A stretch of 64,000 nt of DNA from an uncultured Gammaproteobacteria bacterium (lineage in GTDB: Bacteria > Patescibacteriota > Patescibacteriia > Patescibacteriales > UBA12465). Under the pieces are notes generated by a model. The model had not been told where the DNA came from and ran no database searches. It saw only the letters and a program-made list of their open reading frames with translations. Position 1 is the first letter of the stretch, and each line of letters begins with the position of its first letter. This document shows, one piece after another, positions 45,056-55,400 of this stretch. A program made the translations under genes and the position numbers. The stretch covers positions 251 to 64,250 of the forward strand of contig CAZSNN010000002.1 of assembly GCA_964608425.1 (NCBI GenBank). Reading direction: 5' to 3'.

Positions 45056-45574
45056 TTAACGAATAGCTGAATCCAATAGTCTTAAAGCTTCTGGAACGAG
45101 CGGAGTTATCCAATTAATACTCCCCATAAAAATAGGCGCGACATCAGAACTAACTACTAAATTATTTAAAAAATCGTTTGTTATAGCGTATCGAGACATT
45201 ACAAAAATAATAACTCCTAAAACAAATAAACCCTGAACTAAACCTAAAATCCCGCCTAAAAATCTATTTACAAAAGAAATAATTGGAAGAGAGGTTATAA
45301 TTTTTAAAATTTTAGCAGCAAATTTAAAGGCAAAGCTTAAGGCATAACTTAAAATTATTAAAACCAATATAAATGAAATTGTTTTACCCAAGCTTTCGGA
45401 GCCAAAGCCAATAAAAGGAATTAATTCATAAACCTTTAAATAAATATTTACGGAGATAATTATAGAAATAATAGATGACCCTAAATTTAAAATCATTCTA
45501 ACTAGCCCTATATAAAATCCATAAAAAATAAAACCGCCTAAAAATATTATTAGAACTAAATCAAAAATTGGCAT
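45056..45574 (-). CDS. cvpA: CvpA-family membrane protein
   Basis: 172 aa with 4 TM helices. The N-terminal DLVLIIFLGGFIFYGFYIGLV pattern is typical of CvpA. Confidence 0.7.
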   Translation of the reverse strand: MPIFDLVLIIFLGGFIFYGFYIGLVRMILNLGSSIISIIISVNIYLKVYELIPFIGFGSESLGKTISFILVLIILSYALSFAFKFAAKILKIITSLPIISFVNRFLGGILGLVQGLFVLGVIIFVMSRYAITNDFLNNLVVSSDVAPIFMGSINWITPLVPEALRLLDSAIR

Positions 45575-45580
45575 AAAATT

Positions 45581-47041
45581 TTAATTAATTAATAGTTTTG
45601 GAAATAAAATTTCCCCCTTTATAATTTTGTTAGCATTAAATTGAGTAATAATTTTATTAGCTGAGTCAGGTATAAAAGAATAACTCAATAAAGCAATATT
45701 TAAAATATTTTCAGCTGATTTCTGTAAAATCTGCTCTTTTTCTGCTCCTTCTTCCATTTTCCAGGGGGTCTTTTGACTTAGATATTCATCAGTTTCTTTT
45801 ATTTTAGAAGCAATTACAGAAATTGCTTCATTTAATTTATAATCTTTCATTTTTTCTTCAAATAAAACAAAAAAATCGTTTTTTTCCTCTATTAAGGGAG
45901 CCCCTTCCTGATATTTTATTTTTTCTAACACTATATTACTGTTAGACTTTTCTATCAAATTAGAAACCCTGGCCACCAAATTACCAAGTCCATTTACCAA
46001 ATCACTGGTATACAGCTTTTCTAGTTTTTCATAAGAAAAATCACCGTCTTCAAAAGTAGAAATTTCTTTAGTCAAATAATACCTAACCGTATCGGCTCCA
46101 TATTTTTCAACTAGCTCCACTGGGTCAACAGTATTACCAGAGCTTTTAGAAATTTTTTGTCCATTAACAGTCAAAAATCCAAAAATTAAGACCTGCTCAG
46201 AGATATTCAAGCCAGCCGACATCAACATAGCTGGCCACATAGCAGTTTGTGGTCTCAAATTATCCTTTCCACAAACTTGAAGGCCTGGCCAGAATTTATT
46301 AAAATTATCTAAATTATCAGGCCAGCCTAGACAGGAAATATAATTGACCAAAGCATCAAACCAAACATACATAACCTGACTATCATCACCTGGAACAGTT
46401 ATACCCCAAGGCATTTTTTCTCTAACTCGAGAAATAGAAAAATCATTTAAACCTCCCTCCACAAAACTAATGATTTCATTAAATTTGCCTTTTGGTTTTA
46501 CAAAATCAGGATTGTTTTTATAAAAATCTAATAATTTATCTTGAAATTTAGAAAATTTAAAAAAATAATTCTCTTCTTTTATTAATTCAATCTTCTGGTT
46601 TGGATGCAACGGACAAATCCCGCTTTCTAGCTCGGAATCAGTCTTTTCCATTTCACAGCCGACGCAATATTTAACTTGATAATCCTTTTTATAGATATCA
46701 CCATTATCCAAACATCTTTGCCAAAAATTTTGCACAGCCTTAATATGATCCTCATCTGTTGTTCTAATAAAATTATTAAAACTTAAATTTAAAGTTTCTT
46801 TTAATTTTAAAAATTTATCAGAAAAATTAGAACAATATTCCAGAGGGTCAATACCCATTTCAACAGCTTTTTGATAAATCTTTTGACCATGCTCATCGGT
46901 TCCAGTATTAAAAAAAACATTAAAACCTAATTGTCTCTTGAATCTGGCTATAATATCAGCATTAATAATCTCTTTGGCAAACCCTAAATGAGGGTCTGAA
47001 TTAACATAGGGCAAGGTCGTGGTTATATAGAAATTTTTCAT
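45581..47041 (-). CDS. metG: Methionine--tRNA ligase
   Basis: TTLPYVNSDPHLGFA (HIGH-type), KISKSSGN (KMSKS) and a Zn knuckle (CVGCE...CPLH). Confidence 0.95.
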   Translation of the reverse strand: MKNFYITTTLPYVNSDPHLGFAKEIINADIIARFKRQLGFNVFFNTGTDEHGQKIYQKAVEMGIDPLEYCSNFSDKFLKLKETLNLSFNNFIRTTDEDHIKAVQNFWQRCLDNGDIYKKDYQVKYCVGCEMEKTDSELESGICPLHPNQKIELIKEENYFFKFSKFQDKLLDFYKNNPDFVKPKGKFNEIISFVEGGLNDFSISRVREKMPWGITVPGDDSQVMYVWFDALVNYISCLGWPDNLDNFNKFWPGLQVCGKDNLRPQTAMWPAMLMSAGLNISEQVLIFGFLTVNGQKISKSSGNTVDPVELVEKYGADTVRYYLTKEISTFEDGDFSYEKLEKLYTSDLVNGLGNLVARVSNLIEKSNSNIVLEKIKYQEGAPLIEEKNDFFVLFEEKMKDYKLNEAISVIASKIKETDEYLSQKTPWKMEEGAEKEQILQKSAENILNIALLSYSFIPDSANKIITQFNANKIIKGEILFPKLLIN

Positions 47042-47059
47042 AAAATATATAAAATAATA

Positions 47060-47728
47060 TTAATAAATTATTACCGTAAACTCTCCCTTGGTTGAGTTTT
47101 CATCTTGTTCAAATTTTTTATACAAAGAATCAATATCTTCACTATAAAAACTATAATGCATCTTAGTCATTTCTCGAAAAATCATTATTTTCTTATTAAA
47201 ATTAAGGTCTCCCAATTCTTTTAATAACTTTAAAATACGATGTTTTGATTCGTAAAATATCACCGGATATTTATTTTCTAGTACTTCTCTTAGCATAGTT
47301 AATCTACCCTTTTTATGTGGTAAAAAACCAAAAAAAGAGAATTTGTCAGCTTTAATGCCGGAGACCGATAAGGCTGTAGTAATAGCTGAAACACCAGGAA
47401 TTGGCTCAATATTGGCCTCAGGCATCTTTTCCCTGATAAACTCCACCAATTGACCACCAGGATCTGATATATTAGGAGTTCCAGCATCACTTATTAAAGC
47501 TATTGTTTTCCCCTCTTCTAATAAATTCAAGACTTTTGAATATTTATCATTCCCCGAATGATGATGAAAAGAAATTAATGGTTTTTTAATTTTATAATGA
47601 CTTAATAATTTACCAGCCACCCTAGTATCCTCGGTCAAGATAAAATCAACCTCACCAAGTATTCTAATTGCTCGTAAAGTAATATCTTCCAGATTTCCAA
47701 TTGGCGTTGCCACTATATACAAACTCAT
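47060..47728 (-). CDS. rsmI: 16S rRNA (cytidine1402-2'-O)-methyltransferase RsmI
   Basis: LYIVATPIGNLEDITLRAIRIL, TEDTR and SDAGTP motifs of the tetrapyrrole-methylase-fold RsmI. Confidence 0.85.
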   Translation of the reverse strand: MSLYIVATPIGNLEDITLRAIRILGEVDFILTEDTRVAGKLLSHYKIKKPLISFHHHSGNDKYSKVLNLLEEGKTIALISDAGTPNISDPGGQLVEFIREKMPEANIEPIPGVSAITTALSVSGIKADKFSFFGFLPHKKGRLTMLREVLENKYPVIFYESKHRILKLLKELGDLNFNKKIMIFREMTKMHYSFYSEDIDSLYKKFEQDENSTKGEFTVIIY

Positions 47729-47733
47729 ATAAG

Positions 47734-49443
47734 CTAATTTACTAGATTATCCTTTCTTTCTTTCATATACTTTAACCAATCATCAAATATTTCTACAAAA
47801 ACCTTAAAAGGAGCTTCAATAATAAAGTCTAAAATAAAAACAAAAATATTAACTTTAGAGGCATTATCTGATAAAAATTTACCTGTAGCTATTATTGGAG
47901 TGTAAAAAAAGTCAAACAAGAAGCCCAGCAAACCCTCTTTTGGCTCAATAATAATAAATTTTTTAATTTCTCTTTTAATCCTAAAGCTAAAAAAGCTGGC
48001 AAAGGTTAAGAAAAATAAAAATATAACAATACTAACCCAATTAAATTCAATAAAATTTAGCGCCTTAATAATAAAATAAATGGTAATAAAAAAACCTCCA
48101 ATATACAAAAGATTAAAGATAAGATCCATCATCCAGTTTCTTCGGGGTGGTTTTCTGAGTAAAATGGCATGTTTTCTTCTTCTTTCACTAAAAACAATCT
48201 CTTCAACTCCATCAATTATTTTTTTAGTATTTTCTTGGGCTGGTGACCAAGTAAACAAAATCATCATAAACAACAAAAAGGCCGGAAAAGCAATGTTTAT
48301 CGCTAGAGAAAAAGGATTTATTTCCTCTCCAAACCATTTAACCGCTGGAATTTCTATCAATAAAACAAAAATAGATTTAGTTAAGAAAATATAAACAATA
48401 CTACGAAAACCAGACTTCCATAGCTTATTTTTAATTCGCTTGTATCTCCTCTCGCAAGCCTCTTTAACAAGGTTTATAAAAGACTTATAGTTATTCATAG
48501 CCTGATCATAGACTTTTATAGGATTGTCCTCAACAATTTCTTTTAAAATAGAAAAATACAAAGAATAAGATTTTATTATTTTATCTAATTGTTTTTTTAG
48601 AGGATGTTCTAATTGCTGTTCTATAGCCAAATATAAAACATCAATTTTTTCTGAGACAGCCTTAATTTTTTCATCAGAATTATCTCCATCCATTTTTGAC
48701 CAATCTTTATCATAATACTTAAATAATACAAAGCTTAATGAATCCAAATCAAAATTTAAAAAATTTCTAGCAATGGCTAAATATATTTGAATATCAAGAT
48801 CATTCTCGAATGGCAAATCCCTGGGAAGCTTAATATTGTCTTTTAAAATATTAAACATATCACTAACAATTTCGTTCTCAACGTCATCTTTAGTGATATT
48901 ATCTTCAATTTCAGCAGCCGCTAACGATATAATCCAATTTAATAATTTGTTTTCAGCTTTATTATTTCTTTTATTCTTGTTTTTCTTAACAAAAAAATTA
49001 AAAGAAAAATTTTCTTTTTGGAAGCTATAATATTTTAGTTTAATATATTTTTCCAAAATATTGGCTACTTCATAAATTTTTTTCTCAGGAATAGCATTAT
49101 TTTCTAAATAACCAGCTTGAATTAACTCAGTTAAAAGATGAATAGATAATTCTTTACTTTTTGTTCCCTTAACCAAGCCCTCAATAACAATTTGTCGCTT
49201 AAAAATACGCTTAATAGCATTTTTTCTCAGTAAATGATCATCTTCATAATCAACAGCATTTCTAATCTTTTCATAAAAAAAGGCTAACTTAGAAACCATA
49301 GTAGATACCGTTATTTTTGACTCTCCAGAGGGATCACTTTCGGGTTTATTTTTTTTAATATAAATAAGCTGAAATAATTTTTTAGCACTAATATTTAAAT
49401 TAAATTTTCCTTCTTTTTTCTTAATTAAATGGGGGCTAACCAT
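47734..49443 (-). CDS. Hypothetical integral membrane protein (soluble N-domain of about 340 aa + 5-6 TM helices)
   Basis: 569-aa ORF with hydrophobic C-terminal helices. No recognised motif. Confidence 0.55.
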   Translation of the reverse strand: MVSPHLIKKKEGKFNLNISAKKLFQLIYIKKNKPESDPSGESKITVSTMVSKLAFFYEKIRNAVDYEDDHLLRKNAIKRIFKRQIVIEGLVKGTKSKELSIHLLTELIQAGYLENNAIPEKKIYEVANILEKYIKLKYYSFQKENFSFNFFVKKNKNKRNNKAENKLLNWIISLAAAEIEDNITKDDVENEIVSDMFNILKDNIKLPRDLPFENDLDIQIYLAIARNFLNFDLDSLSFVLFKYYDKDWSKMDGDNSDEKIKAVSEKIDVLYLAIEQQLEHPLKKQLDKIIKSYSLYFSILKEIVEDNPIKVYDQAMNNYKSFINLVKEACERRYKRIKNKLWKSGFRSIVYIFLTKSIFVLLIEIPAVKWFGEEINPFSLAINIAFPAFLLFMMILFTWSPAQENTKKIIDGVEEIVFSERRRKHAILLRKPPRRNWMMDLIFNLLYIGGFFITIYFIIKALNFIEFNWVSIVIFLFFLTFASFFSFRIKREIKKFIIIEPKEGLLGFLFDFFYTPIIATGKFLSDNASKVNIFVFILDFIIEAPFKVFVEIFDDWLKYMKERKDNLVN

Positions 49444-49544
49444 ATAAGTATTTAATAAGTAAATTAAAAATTTTTGCCACTTTTGACACTATAATTATAA
49501 TATAATAAATAAAATAAAAAATCAAACTAAATTCAATAGATCCC

Positions 49545-49573
49545 TTGACTTATTTTAGCTAATTTACTATTAT
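49545..49573 (+). promoter_or_regulatory. Candidate promoter of the secE-nusG-rplK-rplA operon
   Basis: TTGACT (49545-49550), 17-nt spacer, TATTAT (49568-49573). Confidence 0.55.
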
Positions 49574-49621
49574 ATAAGCATAGCCAAATAAGGCTGTTTT
49601 TAATTTAAATAATTATAGAAT

Positions 49622-49807
49622 ATGGGAAAAATTAATAATTATATCAAAGAATCGGTTATCGAGTTAAAAAAGGTAACTTGGCCAACAAAGAAAGAAACTT
49701 ATCGATATACTTTTATGGTTATTGGACTAAGTTTATTAGTGGCTATCTTTTTGGGTGCCCTAGACTTTGTTTTTAATTTAGGGTTAGAAACCTTAATTAC
49801 AAAATAA
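49622..49807 (+). CDS. secE: Preprotein translocase subunit SecE
   Basis: 61 aa with ELKKVTWPTKKET followed by a single TM. It occupies the conserved position upstream of nusG. Confidence 0.85.
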   Translation: MGKINNYIKESVIELKKVTWPTKKETYRYTFMVIGLSLLVAIFLGALDFVFNLGLETLITK

Positions 49808-49817
49808 TAAAAACACT

Positions 49818-50363
49818 ATGGCTAAACAAAATTTAAATCAAGGCAAGCGCTGGTATGTTTTGCACACCTACTCAGGATATGAAGAAAATGTAGCTCACAA
49901 CTTAAAACAAAGAATAGAGACTTTAGATGCTGGAGACAAAATCTTTAACGTCTTGGTGCCGATTGAAAAGAAAATAAAAATTAAAAATGGAAAAAGAAAA
50001 ATTGTAGAAGAAAAAATATTCCCAGGCTATGTTTTAGTGGAAATGGTTGTTACTGATGAGTCTTGGTATATTGTTAGAAACACCCCTAACGTTACTGGTT
50101 TTATTGGAGTTGGAACAGTCCCTACCCCAATCAGCGAAAAAGAAGTTCAAGGCTTAATGAAGAGAATGGGAGTGGAAGAGCCAAAATTCAAGATCGATAT
50201 TGAGATTGGTGAAATCGTAAAAATAAACGACGGACCTTTTAAAAATTTTGAAGGAAAAATAACCAATATTGACGAAGCCAAAGGAAAGGTTAAGGTAAAT
50301 GTTTCTATGTTTGGCCGAGAAACTCCTGTAGAATTAGATTTTTTACAAATTAAAAAAATATAA
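49818..50363 (+). CDS. nusG: Transcription termination/antitermination factor NusG
   Basis: WYVLHTYSGYEENV, FPGYVLVEM and a C-terminal KOW domain (GEIVKINDGPFKNFEG). Confidence 0.95.
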   Translation: MAKQNLNQGKRWYVLHTYSGYEENVAHNLKQRIETLDAGDKIFNVLVPIEKKIKIKNGKRKIVEEKIFPGYVLVEMVVTDESWYIVRNTPNVTGFIGVGTVPTPISEKEVQGLMKRMGVEEPKFKIDIEIGEIVKINDGPFKNFEGKITNIDEAKGKVKVNVSMFGRETPVELDFLQIKKI

Positions 50364-50422
50364 TAAAAAAATAATTTGATATCATTCTATAATGATTTGC
50401 TTCTTCAAATTATTAAAAAAAT

Positions 50423-50848
50423 ATGGCAAAAAAATTATTAACCAAAATAAAATTACAGATAAATGCTGGACAAGCTAATCCAGCTCCTCCGGTTGGTCCA
50501 GCCTTGGGTCAACATGGATTAAATATCCAAGATTTTTGTTCTAAATTTAATGATGCTAGTAAAGATCGAATGGGAGAGGTTGTTCCCGTAGAGATTAGTG
50601 TTTATGAGGACAGAACCTTTGATTTTATCATGAAATCACCTCCAGCTGCTGAATTAATAAAGAAATACGCTAAAATTTCAAAAGGTTCTGGAAAACCATT
50701 AACTCAAAAGGTTGGTTCCTTAACCAAAGAACAATTAGCTGAAGTAGCTAAGGCTAAGATGTCAGATTTAAATACCGAGGATCTAGATCAAGCTATGAAA
50801 ATAATTGCCGGCACTGCCAGACAAATGGGAGTAGAAATAAAAGATTAA
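50423..50848 (+). CDS. rplK: 50S ribosomal protein L11
   Basis: [26 protein letters not shown] is diagnostic. Confidence 0.97.
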   Translation: MAKKLLTKIKLQINAGQANPAPPVGPALGQHGLNIQDFCSKFNDASKDRMGEVVPVEISVYEDRTFDFIMKSPPAAELIKKYAKISKGSGKPLTQKVGSLTKEQLAEVAKAKMSDLNTEDLDQAMKIIAGTARQMGVEIKD

Positions 50849-50899
50849 ATTAATTAACTAAGGTGGGAGAATAATATTCGCTATAACCACCACAAAACT

Positions 50900-51553
50900 A
50901 TGGAAAAAACATTTGATAAAGAAAAAAATTATTCAATTAGCGAAGCTATTGAATTATGTAAAGAATTAAAAAAGGCTAAATTTGATGCTTCTATAGAAGC
51001 GCATTTCCGCCTAGGAATTGATACTAAAAAAGGAGATCAACAGGTTAGATCAGCTGTTAGTCTTCCTCATGGAACTGGTAAAACTGTAAAAGTGGCCGCT
51101 TTTGTATCAGCCGATAAAGAAAAGGCTGTCAGAGAAGCCGGGGCTGATATAGTTGGCGGAGAAGATTTAATTGAAGAAATCAGAAAAACCGAAAAAACTG
51201 ATTTTGAAGTAGCCATCGCCGACATGGATATGATGAAAAGCTTAGCTAAAATTGCTAAAATTTTAGGTACCAGAGGCCTTATGCCCTCACCTAAGAATGA
51301 AACAGTCACTAATAACCCTGTAAAGGCCGTAGAAGAGCTTAAAAAGGGCAAAATAAGCTTCAAGAACGACGATACTGGCAATGTTCACGCTATTGTTGGA
51401 AAACTAAGCTTCGACAATAAAAAGTTAGAAGAAAATTTAGAAACCCTAATTGATGCTATTAAAAAATCTAAACCGACCTCATCTAAGGGTATTTACATCA
51501 AGAACCTAAGTATTAACTCTACTATGGGCCCAGGAATAAAAATTTCTTTATAA
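50900..51553 (+). CDS. rplA: 50S ribosomal protein L1
   Basis: FDASIEAHFRLGID...VSLPHGTGK...GTRGLMPSPK. Confidence 0.95.
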   Translation: MEKTFDKEKNYSISEAIELCKELKKAKFDASIEAHFRLGIDTKKGDQQVRSAVSLPHGTGKTVKVAAFVSADKEKAVREAGADIVGGEDLIEEIRKTEKTDFEVAIADMDMMKSLAKIAKILGTRGLMPSPKNETVTNNPVKAVEELKKGKISFKNDDTGNVHAIVGKLSFDNKKLEENLETLIDAIKKSKPTSSKGIYIKNLSINSTMGPGIKISL

Positions 51554-51570
51554 TAATATTGTTCGGATAT

Positions 51571-51604
51571 AAAAAAAGTCATCATTAATTTGATGACTTT
51601 TTTG
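51571..51604. terminator. Bidirectional terminator between rplA and uppP
   Basis: AAAGTCATCA (51575-51584), loop TTAATT, TGATGACTTT (51591-51600), flanked by A and T runs. Confidence 0.8.
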
Positions 51605-51626
51605 TTTTACCAATTTTTAGCTACTA

Positions 51627-52439
51627 TTAAAAAGCGTATAAAAATAAAAATAATATTACTCCCAATAATATTCTATACCAGCCAAATATAGAAAAATTAT
51701 TCTTTTTAATAAACTTTAATAAAAACCTAATACTAATCCAGGCAACTACAAAAGAGGCCACAAATCCGATTATTAAAAAAATAATTTCCTCTGAATTAAA
51801 ACTAAAGCCAGTTTTAACCAAATCCAAAGAAGAAGCTGCTAGCATTGTTGGAATGGCCAATAAAAAAGAAAACTCTACTATTACTAAACGACTAATACCC
51901 ATTGATAATCCTCCTAAAATTGTGGCAGCTGATCGAGAAACTCCTGGCACTATAGCCAAAGATTGAAAAATACCAACAATAAAACATTGCTTATAGCTCA
52001 TAACGCTAATATCAACCTCGGAATTATTGCTTTGAATATCCTTTAATTCCCTATTTTTTTCTTGATATTTTCTCTCCAAAATAACGATAGCAATACCACC
52101 CAAAAATAAAGCCAAGGCAATTATCTCTAAACTCTCTTGTAAGAAGTTTTTAACCAAGCCATAACTCAATAAACCTATTATAGCCGTTGGAATAAAGGCA
52201 ATCATTAATTTTTTAAAATAAATAACCTTATTATTCCAAAGCTTTTTCCAGTACAAAATAATAACCGCTAAAATAGATCCAAATTGAATTATAATAATAA
52301 AGCTTTTTAGAAATTCTGACATCTCCAACTTCAACAAACTAGCACTTAAAATAAGGTGAGCTGTTGATGAAATTGGTAAAAATTCGGCAAAGCCTTGTAT
52401 TATTCCTAATACAAGGCTTTTTATAAAAAAGATAATCAT
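51627..52439 (-). CDS. uppP: Undecaprenyl-diphosphate phosphatase
   Basis: GIIQGFAEFLPISSTAHL and PGVSRSAATI motifs. 8 TM helices. Confidence 0.9.
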   Translation of the reverse strand: MIIFFIKSLVLGIIQGFAEFLPISSTAHLILSASLLKLEMSEFLKSFIIIIQFGSILAVIILYWKKLWNNKVIYFKKLMIAFIPTAIIGLLSYGLVKNFLQESLEIIALALFLGGIAIVILERKYQEKNRELKDIQSNNSEVDISVMSYKQCFIVGIFQSLAIVPGVSRSAATILGGLSMGISRLVIVEFSFLLAIPTMLAASSLDLVKTGFSFNSEEIIFLIIGFVASFVVAWISIRFLLKFIKKNNFSIFGWYRILLGVILFLFLYAF

Positions 52440-52441
52440 AT

Positions 52442-55400
52442 TTATTTAACAGCCAATTCAAAGAATTTATCCAATAATTCAACTGTAATTTCTGAATTTT
52501 CCGAAGCAACGGAATTAATCCAATCCAAGTTGTTTTCGACCTGGCTAATTAAAACATTTCTATAAGCCCAAGAATTAACTATTCTCCACTCCCCGTCAGT
52601 TTGAGGCAGTTTGTTATAATTCTTAACAAATAATTCTATAGCCCATTTTTCTTTAGCAATACTTCTTTCCATTGGTAAAATTCCATAAGAAAATCTCAAA
52701 AATTGATTTAATTCTAAGATAAAATTATCCTCATCAATCTTTGTAATATCATTTTCTTTAATGATATTATTTAGTCTATAAAAATTTCCTAAAAACTTCG
52801 GCTCTAATTCAGAATTTCTAATTAATGGAACCCTATTATTGGCAATCTTTAAAACATCTTCAATATCAGATTCTGTTTGTGGAATATTACCTTTAACGCT
52901 AGTATAATTTATTACGGTAGCCGCTCTTTGTCCCTCACCTAAACGAACAGTACTTTCTGTTCCATAAGCTAAATAATTCTTTAAAGATGTTTTTACTTCT
53001 GGAGTACTAGCTCCAACAAATAAGCTTTGGTGTTTAACTTCGACCTTCTTTTCTAATTCTGAGTCTGATTTTTCAACATTTACCGATCTTAATAATAACG
53101 TCTTAATCTCTTCTTTTGGACTCTTATGAACCATTTGAGCTTCGGTTAATAATTTAGCATCAACAACTTTAGCAGCCTCTTTAGACGGGGTTGTTAAATT
53201 TTCTTTTTCTGGATTAATCTTTTCCCTAATTAACTCTCCTGTAACCGGATTATAAACCTCTTTATACTCTGGTTCAATTGGCTTTGTTTCTACAACAGGA
53301 GTAGATGGATTATCTTTATACTGAAGGATTGGTTTAGAGATTATTTGAAACTTTGCCGGAAAAATATTGCAATAACTATCTACAAAATTTAAAATTATTG
53401 ACTGATCAACGGGATAAGAAACTAATTTACCAGAAGAATAACTAAAAGCTGGGATATATAAAGAGTTACCTTTAATAATAAAATTACGATATTTATCACT
53501 ATCTTCAATATTTATATAAGCAATCCTATTTGTTTCAGTTTTGTCGATTACATCAATTTTTTCATTAATTTCAGAGACTACATCGGTTTTTAATTTTTCA
53601 TCTCCAATAATAGCAGATTCTTTTTCAGAAACTACATTAGCTTTTTGATCATATTCAGTAGCTCCATCATATTTTAATTTTTCATCTCCAATGATAGTAG
53701 ATTTTTCCCCAGACATCACGTCAGTTTTTTGGTCATACTCAGTAGCTCCATCATATTTTAATTTTTCATCTCCAATAATAACAGGCTCTTTTTCCTTAGA
53801 ATTATCTAAATTAAAATTTATTTTAAAATATCTTAAATTCTTTAAACCAGAAAAAGAAGAAATATTTTGATTAATATATTTTTTTTGAATTTCTGAATTA
53901 ATTAAATAATTAAAATACAAAACTCCAATCTTTTTCTGGCTATATTTATTTAGATATTCATCATCAAAAGAAAAAATCTCAATCGGCAAACTTATTAATT
54001 CATTATTTTTTTTACAAACTCCAGAAAGATTTAAATTTACATTAAAATAATATTGATAATTATTTTTGCTAAGCTCGTCCAAATAATTGATTTTCCATTT
54101 ACTGTTAATAGGATTATTTTTCCAATAATTACCGGTCTCTCCTTTTAGATAACAAGTAACTGGGTAATAAAAATCAATTTCTTGATTCCTATTGAACACA
54201 TAAACGGAATTATTATTTTGATCTAAAAAATTATAATCATAATCCTTACCACCAACATCATATTTTAAAGAGTTTAATTTTGGTTTTTCTGAATTTAAAC
54301 TTAAAGTAAATCTAATATAACGACAACTAGGACTTAATTCTTTCATATATTCCAAGTCTTTAGGGAAAAGATATTTGTTATTTAATTGTGAATCAACTAA
54401 ATAATCACCTTTTTCCTGTTGATAAAAGAAGGTGTTAGAATTAAAGCCAATTTGACCATTTGATGACACTAAAGCTTCGTTATTAAACAAAAATTGTTTA
54501 GCTGGAAAAGCTTTTATGTCCGAATGAGAGGATCCATCAGATAAAGAAAAGGAAGTAGAAATAATTTTTTCCATTATTATTAAACCACTACTATCTTTAA
54601 TCCTGGTTATTAAAGAGAAATCTTTTAAAACTTGATTATAATAAGGGATAAATTGCTTAGAATCATCTAATTGAGCTACAGCAAAATAAAATTTAATTAA
54701 TTTATTTTCTTGGTCATATTGTATCACAAAATCTTTGCTATTTGGGTTATAAGGAGATCCATTTATTAAAAAAGAAAGACTAGCAACATCACTGGCCTCC
54801 TCGTCCGTTAAATTAAAGGAGGTGTCCAGATATCTGAACTGATGATCTCCCACTCCCTGCTCTTTTGATAAATTTAATTCTTTATAATTAGTAGAACCAT
54901 CTTTATTTAAAATAATATCACTAACTTCCATCCTGCCGTCATAAATTTTTGTTAATGTATATGGAATTAATTGACTAGAAATATAACTTGAAATTACATT
55001 TGAAGGTTGTTTTTGTTTAATATCTTCAAATAAAACATTAACTTCTTTTTCCCCCACAAGACCACCCTCGCTATCAAAAAATTGAATTAATAATTTTTGG
55101 GAATTATTTTCTAATGGAGTCCAATTAATTTTGTCACCCCTAGAGGCTAAGGCAAAATCAACTGAAATACTAGAACCAGATGAAGAAAAATCATGATAGA
55201 ATACCTTGCCTCCATCTATAGTCCAAGAGGCAGTCATGGCTTCTGGATAGGGATTGGAGATTATAGCAGTAAAATAGCCAATATCTTCTCCTAATTGACC
55301 CATGGCTTGGTTATTAAAAGAAAAATTTAATAAATTTGAAAAAGTTCCATTATAATCTAGTTCCCCTAAATTTTTTATAACGATTAAGCCATTAGAAATT

